From the NCBI GenBank assembly GCA_963842945.1, contig CAWJIM010000021.1, positions 224,001 to 288,000 of the forward strand: a DNA stretch of 64,000 nucleotides. The letters are read 5' to 3'. Numbering within the stretch: the stretch's first letter is position 1; the number at the start of each line of letters is the position of its first letter. The stretch comes from an uncultured Gemmatimonadales bacterium (GTDB lineage Bacteria > Gemmatimonadota > Gemmatimonadetes > Gemmatimonadales > GWC2-71-9). The notes beneath the pieces are model-generated. The model saw only the letters and a list, made by a program, of their open reading frames with translations, searched no databases and was not told the origin of the DNA. Of the stretch, positions 56,897 to 64,000 are shown piece by piece. A program made the position numbers and the translations under genes.

Positions 56897-57835
56897 GTGG
56901 GCGACCACAGCTCGGCCGTCTGGCTCGGCTTCACCGGGCTGGTGGCTGGCGCTGCTGGTGCTCGACCTGGGGGTGCTCAACCGCCGCGTCGCACGTGCTC
57001 ACGCTCAGGGAGGCGATGAGCTGGAGCGGCGGGCTGGTCGCGCTGGCTCTCCTGTTCGGCCTGTTCGTGCTCTGGCAGGAGGGCACCCAGCACGCGCTGG
57101 AGTACTACACCGGCTACCTGATCGAGCTGTCGCTCAGCGTCGACAATCTCTTCGTCTTCCTGCTGATCTTCTCCTACTTCGGGGTGCGGGCCGAGGCGCA
57201 GCCCAAGGTCCTGAAGTGGGGCATTCTGGGCGCGATCGTGATGCGGCTGATCATGATCGCGCTCGGCGCCCTGCTGCTGCAGCGGTTCAACTGGATCGTG
57301 TACGTCTTCGGGGGCCTGCTGGTCCTGACCGGCATCCGGATGTTCACGCAGAAGGAAGAGATGGTGCAGCTGGAGCGGAATCCGGTGGTGCGGCTGGCCC
57401 GGCGGTTCCTGCCGATCTGCGAGTCCTACGACGGGACCAGGTTTTTCACCCGCACGGCCGGGGGAGAGCTGCTGGCCACGCCCTTGCTTCTGGTGGTCCT
57501 GGTGGTGGAGTGGTCCGATCTGGTGTTCGCCATCGACAGCATTCCGGCCATCTTCGCCATAACCCGGGATCCCTTCCTGGTCTACAGCTCCAACATCTTC
57601 GCCATCCTCGGGCTGCGGGCAATGTTCTTCGTGCTGGCCGGCATGCTGGACAAGTTCGTGTACCTGAAGACCGGCGTGGCGTTCATTCTCGTCTTCGTCG
57701 GCCTCAAGATGACGTTGAGCGCATGGATCCACATTCCCACTGCCCTGTCGCTGGCGGTGATCGTCACTCACGCTGGCTGCTGCCGTGGGGCTGTCCCTGC
57801 GCCACAGCCGCCAGGAAGCCCGGGCCGCCGCCTGA
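56897..57835 (+). CDS. terC: TerC/Alx-family membrane protein (3 frameshifts)
   Basis: LDLGVL, GYLIELSLSVDNLFVF, WGILGAIVMR, ATPL, DLVFAIDSIPAIFAIT, SNIFAILGLR, FVGLKM. GTG directly after the htpX stop. Confidence 0.92.
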
Positions 57836-57844
57836 GGCTGGGAT

Positions 57845-59540
57845 TCAGGGCGGAGCTGCGCCAGCACCGCCCGGGCGTTCTCGTTGGACGGATCGAGCTG
57901 GAGCGACTTCCGGTAGTGCTGAATGGCTGCTTCCCGGCGGCCCGCCGCGAGGCAGGCTTCACCCAGAGAATCCCACGCGTTGGCCGACTCGGGGTGCTCG
58001 GCGGCATTGAGCTCGAAAATGGCGATCGCCTGCTCGATGGCGCTTCTCGCTGCAGCAGACGATAACCCAGGGAGTTGAGCTCCTCCTCGGTATCCACGTA
58101 CCGGTACTTCGGGTCGGCTCGATAGGCGCGGTAGCGGCGTAGCGCTTCCGACAGATCGCCGGAATCCAATGCAGCGGCCATCCGATCGGCCACCGGTGGC
58201 TCGGCACGGTAATCCAGGACTGCCTGGAGCGCCGGATCCACGGTTGTTCCGGTAGTCCGCCGAGGTGAGCTCTGCGGCGATGTCGGGCGCCTTCCATTGC
58301 CGGGTATCCCGTTCATCCACCTGCCACCACAGAGTGGAGACCCGGACGGTGATGCCGCTGTGGGGCAGGGTGATCTTCCGCGAGTCGCCATACGAGTTCG
58401 CTTTCCCACCCGATGGCTCCCCCACGAACACGGCGTCGGTATAGTGCTCCAGCTCGTTGACCAGGAACTGGGCCGCGGAGAAAGTGCTGCGCCCGATGAG
58501 CGACGAAGAGCTTGCCCGGGCCGTCCAGCTTCCGAGCCTTGATCAGGCTGAGCAGCAGCGGCGGTTGAGGGTGCCATTTCCGCCGCGGTTGAGCCGGAGA
58601 TCCAGCACCAGGCGGTCGCACATCGGCGGTATCCAGCAAGCGCCAGAAGCCGGCGGGAGAAGTTGGCGATGCTCTCACCCTCCTTGTCCCCACCTTGTTG
58701 TACTGGACGTAGACCAGGTGGCTGCTCAGGGAGATACTCGAGCCAGTACTGGTCGCGAGGGATCGTGGCGAAGCCAGAGCGGCGTTGGGTTCGGCGCCGA
58801 GTCCCGCATGTCCACCCACCCGCTGTCGGGCCACCAGCTCACGATCGGTGTCGGGCGGCATCAGCGGGGCCGGGCCGCTGGGGCTCAGCGTCACCGTCGA
58901 TCGCCGGCCGCCCCGTTCGATCACGAATTCGGCGACTCGCTCCATGTCGGTACTGATGATCCGAGGGCATGCAGCACCTCCGGCATCGCCAGCAGAAAGG
59001 GCGCGAAGAAGCGGGCGTCCATCTCGTTGTCCGCCCGACCAGCTCCCGCACCTGGCGTAGGCCTGCTCCGGCGTTGCCTGCCCGATCTGAACGACCCGGG
59101 CGCCGGCCAGGTCGGCGTGCGGCCGGTCTGGCGGCTCGGACGAAGAGGCCGTCCTTGAAGAAGTAGAGCTTGACCGGCAGGGTCCGGAACCCGATCTTCG
59201 GATCTCGGGTTGGCGCGATGTTGGTGTGGCCGTCTCCCACCAGGGCCGACGATCCGGGCCAGCTCGACGATGACCTGATGCCGTGCCAGCGAGGGAATTC
59301 GCCGATCGAGGGCCGCAACCGCGCTGTCGAACCGCTCCCGCGAAACGGTGTGGTACAGGTTTCGGTGGCGGCGGGCCATCTCGGCCGGGCCATGTAGGCC
59401 AGATCCTCCCGCCAGGCGACCACTTCGCACTGTCGAGCGTGAGCGGGTACCGCGCGGAGGTTCCTGCGGGCTGCTGCAGGTAGGGCCCAGGATGAAGGCG
59501 AGGGGCAGGCGAAGCCTGCGTTCGAGAAGACGTCGTTCAT
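57845..59540 (-). CDS. S41-like peptidase with C-terminal TPR, broken by many frameshifts; ends approximate
   Basis: Collinear fragments WREDL, VGDGHT, LVYVQYN, LVLDLRLNRGG, TFSAA, VGEPSGG, DPALQAV; TPR LNSLGY...NAWDSLGE...YRKSLQLDP. Confidence 0.7.
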
Positions 59541-59626
59541 GGTCGCAGTTTGACTCCGCGACCCAGCGGCAAAAGGTTGCGCGGCTCTTACCGGGCGTAC
59601 CGCGGTTCCGCCTAAGCTTCCCGGCC

Positions 59627-60978
59627 ATGCCGCTCGCATCCCTCTGTCCCGCCTGGGACTGGACCGCCCGGAGCTCCGGGCGTGGGCGATGTACGACTGG
59701 GCCGCCTCCGCGATGCAGACCACCATCATGGTGGCGGTCTTCCCCATCTACTTCGTGAAGGTCGCCGGCGCCGGACTGGCCGAAAGCGGCGCCACCCAGC
59801 GGCTGGCCACGGTGAATACGGTGGCGCTGGTGATCATCGCCGTGCTCTCCCCCATCCTCGGGCGCGATCTCGGACTATCGGGGAACCAAGAAGCGGCTGC
59901 TGGCCCTGTTCATGTGGATCGGGGTGCGCGGCCGTGCTGGGGATGTTCTTCATCGGCCGGGGAGACCTCGACCTCGCTTCGATCCTGTTCGTGATCTCGC
60001 TGATCGGCGCAGCGGGAAGCTTCGTCTTCTACGAGGCGCTGCTGCCGCACATCGCCCGGCCGGACGAGATCGACCGGGTGTCGACCGCCGGGTACGCCCT
60101 CGGCTACGTCGGCGGCGGCGTGCTTCTCGCTCTCAATCTGGCGTGGATCCAGCGGCCGGACTGGTTTGGCCTCCCCTCGGGCGCCGGACTCAGCCCCGCA
60201 CAGGCGACGTTGCCGGTCCGACTGGCGTTTCGTTTCGGTGGCGGTCTGGTGGCTGGTCTTTTCCCTGCCGCTCTTTCGCCGGGTTCCCGAGCCGCCGGCG
60301 TCACTCGAGCCGGACGAGCACCGGGGAGAGAATCCGATCAGGATGGCGTTCGTCCGCCTGGGCGAAACCTTTCGCGAGCTCCGCAGCTACCGGCAGGCCT
60401 TTCTCATGCTGTTGGCCTTCCTGATCTACAACGACGGGATCCAGACCATCATCAAGATGGCGACTGCCTATGGCACCGAGCTCGGCATCGGCCAGAGCGC
60501 GCTGATCGGCGCCATCCTGCTGGTGCAGTTCGTGGGGATCCCCTGCTCCTTCCTGTTCGGCATGCTGGCCGGCCGGATCGGCGCCAAGCGGGCGCTGTTT
60601 CTCGGGCTGCTGGCCTATACCGCCATCAGCGTGCTGGGCTACTTCATGAAGACGGCAACCCACTTCTACATCCTGGCCGCACTGGTGGGGACGGTTCAGG
60701 GTGGCACTCAGGCGCTGAGCCGCTCGCTGTTCGCCAGCATGATTCCGCAGCACAAGTCCGGGGAGTTCTTCGGCTTTTTCAGCGTCTTCGAAAAATTTGC
60801 CGGGATCTTCGGACCGCTCATCTTTGCCGGCACCATTGCCGCCACCGGCTCGAGCCGAAATGCGATTCTCTCGGTCATCGTGTTCTTTGCCGTGGGAGCA
60901 CTGCTGCTCTGGCCGCTTGACGTGGCGGAAGGCCAGCGGGCCGCCCGGGCAGCCGACCAGGCGGTTCGCCCCGCCTAG
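59627..60978 (+). CDS. MFS transporter, UMF1/Atg22-like (several frameshifts)
   Basis: [53 protein letters not shown]. Confidence 0.9.
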
Positions 60979-60994
60979 CCGGCCGGCAGCAGCA

Positions 60995-61424
60995 TCACCG
61001 GAGCAGATTGCGCCGCATCAGGAGCGGCTTGCTGTTCTTGCCGCCGTCCTTCCCGCCATCCTTCGACTCCCGGGCCAGTACGTGAACGACGGAGCTCTGG
61101 GCCTTTCCCAGGGCGCTGGCGGTGACCGTCACCGTCCCCTCCATCCGGCCCACAACACCGCCATTGGAGCCGACCGTGGCAATCGCGTCGTTGCTGCTCT
61201 TCCAGCTGACGGAACTCGTCGAGCACATCGCCGAACTCGTCTCTGATCCGGGCCTGAAGTGTCACCACCTGCCCGGCATGGATGGTTGCCGGTGCTGGGA
61301 ATTACTGTGATCGCCGCGGGTGGTGCCGGCGCGGAGTCGAGGGTGACAGGGAGTCCTCACAGGCCGCGATGGCCGCTACGGCTCCCATGGTTGTGATCAG
61401 TCGTGACAGGATGATGGCGCGCAT
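60995..61424 (-). CDS. Small lipoprotein with a Big_2 Ig-like domain (frameshifts)
   Basis: GGAGG RBS; MRAIILS...IAA-C-ED lipobox; VSWKSSNDAIATV...GTVTVTAS Big_2 signature. Confidence 0.75.
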
Positions 61425-61520
61425 TGTAACCTCCAGCCCAAGCCGTGTGTCGTTTCGGCGAATACACAAACGAAATTAAGGATGGAACGTGAATGAGCCG
61501 TGAATTGGCGAGGATTGATC

Positions 61521-61549
61521 TTGCAGCAGCCCACCCGCTTTTCTAGCTT
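61521..61549 (+). promoter_or_regulatory. Putative sigma70 promoter of the M20-asd-lysC operon
   Basis: TTGCAG-N17-TAGCTT; leader contains hairpin GCCCCGCCA...TGGCGGGGC (61613-61642). Confidence 0.55.
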
Positions 61550-61651
61550 ATAGCGGCTCGTCACCCAGAATCGGCCTGCCTAGCGCAGCGCTCTGTTTTC
61601 TCTCGATCAGGAGCCCCGCCACGTCGGTATCGCTGGCGGGGCATCTCATTC

Positions 61652-62656
61652 ATGGATGCACTGGAACTGACTCGAGCACTCGTCGCCCTGGAGACGCCCA
61701 CCGGCTCCGAAGGACCGGCCACGGACTTTCTGGACAACATCCTGCAGCAAGCGGGCTATCACACGGTGCGCCAACCAGTCAGTGCGGGCCGGGAGAATCT
61801 CTACGCGTACCGGGTGTCGCCCACCGTGGTGTTCTCTACCCACCTCGATACCGTTCCGCCCTACGTACCGCTGTCCGAGGACGCCGACACCATTCATGGA
61901 CGGGGAAGCTGCGACGCCAAGGGGCTGGCGGCGGCAATGATCGCGGCCGCCGAGCGGCTGGCGAGCCGGGGTGAGCGGCGGATCGGACTGCTGTTTCTGG
62001 TGGGTGAAGAGAATGGCTCCGATGGGGCCCGGGCAGCCGGAGAGCTGAGTCCGCGGGGGCGCTTCTTGATCAACGGCGAGCCGACCGAGAACCGGCTCTC
62101 GATTGGACAGAAGGGTTCGCTTCGGGTAGACCTGGTGGCCCAGGGCCGAGCCGCGCATTCGGCCTATCCGGCCGAAGGGGTCAGCGCCATCGCCGCACTG
62201 CTCGATACCATCGAGCGCATCCGCCGAATGCCTCTCCCCAGCGACCCGCTGCTGGGGCAGTCCACCCTCAACCTTGGGCTGATCGAGGGAGGGGTGGCGC
62301 CAAACGTGATTCCTCCATCGGCCACGGCCCAGCTCCTGATCCGGACGGTGGAACCCTCGGATGCACTGAAGAGCGGCATTCGAGCGCTCCTCGCTCCCGG
62401 AGTCACCGTGGACTTTCCGGTCGAGCTGCCATTCCATAAGGGCGGAAACGCCCCGGATGGTTGGGAAACCACCGTGGTGAGCTACGCCAGCGACCTGCCG
62501 TTTCTTTCGGCTTGGGGCGAGCGGTATCAGCTCGGTCCCGGGACCATACGAGTCGCCCACACCAGCCACGAGCACATCCGGAAGGCTGATCTTCTTCGTG
62601 GCGTCGATCTCTACGAGCGATTGGCTTCTGATCTGTTGAAACGGGCCCCCGCGTGA
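61652..62656 (+). CDS. M20-family deacylase (ArgE/DapE-like)
   Basis: THLDTVP, GRGSCDAKG, VGEE, NGEPT, AAHSAYP, AHTSHE. Confidence 0.9.
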   Translation: MDALELTRALVALETPTGSEGPATDFLDNILQQAGYHTVRQPVSAGRENLYAYRVSPTVVFSTHLDTVPPYVPLSEDADTIHGRGSCDAKGLAAAMIAAAERLASRGERRIGLLFLVGEENGSDGARAAGELSPRGRFLINGEPTENRLSIGQKGSLRVDLVAQGRAAHSAYPAEGVSAIAALLDTIERIRRMPLPSDPLLGQSTLNLGLIEGGVAPNVIPPSATAQLLIRTVEPSDALKSGIRALLAPGVTVDFPVELPFHKGGNAPDGWETTVVSYASDLPFLSAWGERYQLGPGTIRVAHTSHEHIRKADLLRGVDLYERLASDLLKRAPA

Positions 62657-63726
62657 GCCAGAGGATTCCGGTCGCGGTTCTGGGTGCTACCGGCACAGTC
62701 GGACAGAAGTTCGTCCGCTTGCTGGCGGAGCACCCCTGGTTCGAAGTGGCCGCCGTGGCCGCCTCGTCTGCCAGCACCGGGCGGACCTACGCGGAGGCGA
62801 CCCGCTGGAGAGAACCGGTGCCGATGCCGGCGGAGGCCGGCCGGCTCACCGTGAAAGAATGCGTTCCTCCCAGCCCGGGACCAATCGTCTTTTCGGCGCT
62901 GGAGGCGGAGGTGGCCGGCCCAATCGAGCAGGCCTTTGCCGCGTCGGGCGCAATCGTGATTACAAACACCCGCACCCACCGCATGGATCCGGATGTTCCG
63001 CTTCTGATCCCTGAAGTGAACGAGGACCACCTTTCACTGGTGGACTGTCAGCGGCAGTCTCGCGGCTGGGACGGCGCCATCCTGGCCAACCCCAACTGTT
63101 CCACCGCGGCGCTGGCGCTGGCGCTGGCCCCGCTCCACCGGGCTTTCACCATCGAACGACTGTTCGTTTCGACCATGCAGGCCATTTCGGGGGCCGGGTA
63201 TCCGGGGGTGGCGTCCCTCGACATCGTGGGCAACGTGATCCCGTTCATAGCCGGTGAGGAGGAGAAGATCGAGCGGGAGAGCCGCAAGATTCTGGGGACG
63301 CTTGCCAGCGGCGTCATCGAGCCGTCTCACTTCTCCCTCAGCGTGCACGCCAACCGGGTGCCGGTAATAGATGGCCACATGGCAACCGTGTCGGTTGGGT
63401 TCCGGCAGAAGGCTGATCCGGCTCAGGCCATCGAGGCACTCCGCGCCTTCCGCGGTTCGCCCCGGGTCTGCCAGCTGCCCTCATCTCCGGTCCCACCGAT
63501 CGAAGTGGATGAGCGAATCGATCGTCCGCAGTCAAGGCTCGATGTCGACCGCGGCGCCGGTATGGCGGTCTCGGTCGGGCGCGTCCGCCCCTGCCCGGTG
63601 CTCGATCTTCGCATGGTGGTGCTGGGACATAACACCGTGCGCGGAGCAGCCGGACAGGCGGTTCAGATCGCCGAGCTGCTGGTGGCTGACGGAAGAGTTG
63701 CCCAGCCGGCAGGAGGGTCTCGATGA
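62653..63726 (+). CDS. asd: Aspartate-semialdehyde dehydrogenase (archaeal/fungal-type)
   Basis: LGATGTVGQ, HPWFE, VPLLIPEVN, ANPNCST, QAISGAGYPG, EEEK, HNTVRGAAG. Confidence 0.96.
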   Translation: MSQRIPVAVLGATGTVGQKFVRLLAEHPWFEVAAVAASSASTGRTYAEATRWREPVPMPAEAGRLTVKECVPPSPGPIVFSALEAEVAGPIEQAFAASGAIVITNTRTHRMDPDVPLLIPEVNEDHLSLVDCQRQSRGWDGAILANPNCSTAALALALAPLHRAFTIERLFVSTMQAISGAGYPGVASLDIVGNVIPFIAGEEEKIERESRKILGTLASGVIEPSHFSLSVHANRVPVIDGHMATVSVGFRQKADPAQAIEALRAFRGSPRVCQLPSSPVPPIEVDERIDRPQSRLDVDRGAGMAVSVGRVRPCPVLDLRMVVLGHNTVRGAAGQAVQIAELLVADGRVAQPAGGSR

Positions 63727-64000
63727 TCGTCGCCAAGTTCGGGGGAACCTCGGTGACGGATTCCGAGGCAATTGGGCGGCTCATCGACATCGTACGCGGC
63801 CGGATTGTGGACCAACCGGTAGTTGTGGTGTCAGCGTTGGCGGGAGTGACCGACCGGCTGCTGAGCCTGGCGGCCGAGGCCGAAACCGAGGAGTCGGGCA
63901 CGCTGGATCAGGCGCTGCGCGCTCTGCTCGATCGCCACGTGCAGATTGCGCACTCTCTGCCCGGAGCGGATGGAGCGCTGGACAGCATACTGGCCGACGG
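63723..64000 (+). CDS. lysC: Aspartate kinase, 5' part only (runs off the window)
   Basis: MIVAKFGGTSV, PVVVVSALAGVTDRLL; ATGA overlap with asd. Confidence 0.92.
   Translation, partial: MIVAKFGGTSVTDSEAIGRLIDIVRGRIVDQPVVVVSALAGVTDRLLSLAAEAETEESGTLDQALRALLDRHVQIAHSLPGADGALDSILAD

Noticed and set aside
56977..58431. 484-aa minus-strand ORF overlapping terC
   Set aside because: Only its first part belongs to the S41-TPR gene; the rest is antisense to terC.
61550..61651. Lysine riboswitch or T-box upstream of asd-lysC
   Set aside because: The leader is too short and lacks the conserved L-box and T-box sequences.
1..64000. Prophage, IS element, defence island, tRNA or rRNA
   Set aside because: No integrase, transposase, phage or defence motifs and no tRNA/rRNA signatures were seen by eye; nearly all sequence is explained by host genes.

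Overview
GC-rich, gene-dense bacterial chromosomal window with about 63 protein-coding genes. I found no rRNA, tRNA, CRISPR array, transposase or integrase. Protein style and content (outer-membrane barrels, late futalosine-type menaquinone genes, archaeal-type Asd) suggest a diderm such as a Gemmatimonadota member; this is inference only. Most genes are housekeeping: trpE, maf, dtd, glmM-glmS, metB-like, purD, mutM, ubiE-ubiD-mqnP-ubiX, nfu-mrp, nrnA, guaB, gpmI, fdhD-mobA-mobB-moeA, htpX-terC, asd and lysC. About 19 genes carry 1-nt frameshifts, clustered at 4-8, 26-35 and 53-61 kb, most likely long-read consensus errors. Main observations: (1) a complete promoter, yybP-ykoY Mn2+ riboswitch and overlapping terminator controlling htpX-terC; (2) a SigW-like ECF envelope-stress operon that looks like a split RsiW, with a TGAAAC..CGTA promoter built on the sigma gene's stop codon; (3) an orphan PilB/GspE ATPase fused to an intact receiver domain; (4) a cysteine-free Mrp/ApbC; (5) a PTPS-II-like protein lacking the catalytic Cys inside a Moco operon; (6) a GT87-like membrane protein fused to a GGQ-less release-factor-like domain; (7) paired MarR operator boxes; (8) many leaderless -10 promoters; (9) inverted pairs of degenerate 7-8-mer tandem repeats at gene junctions. 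All calls are by eye; no database search was run.
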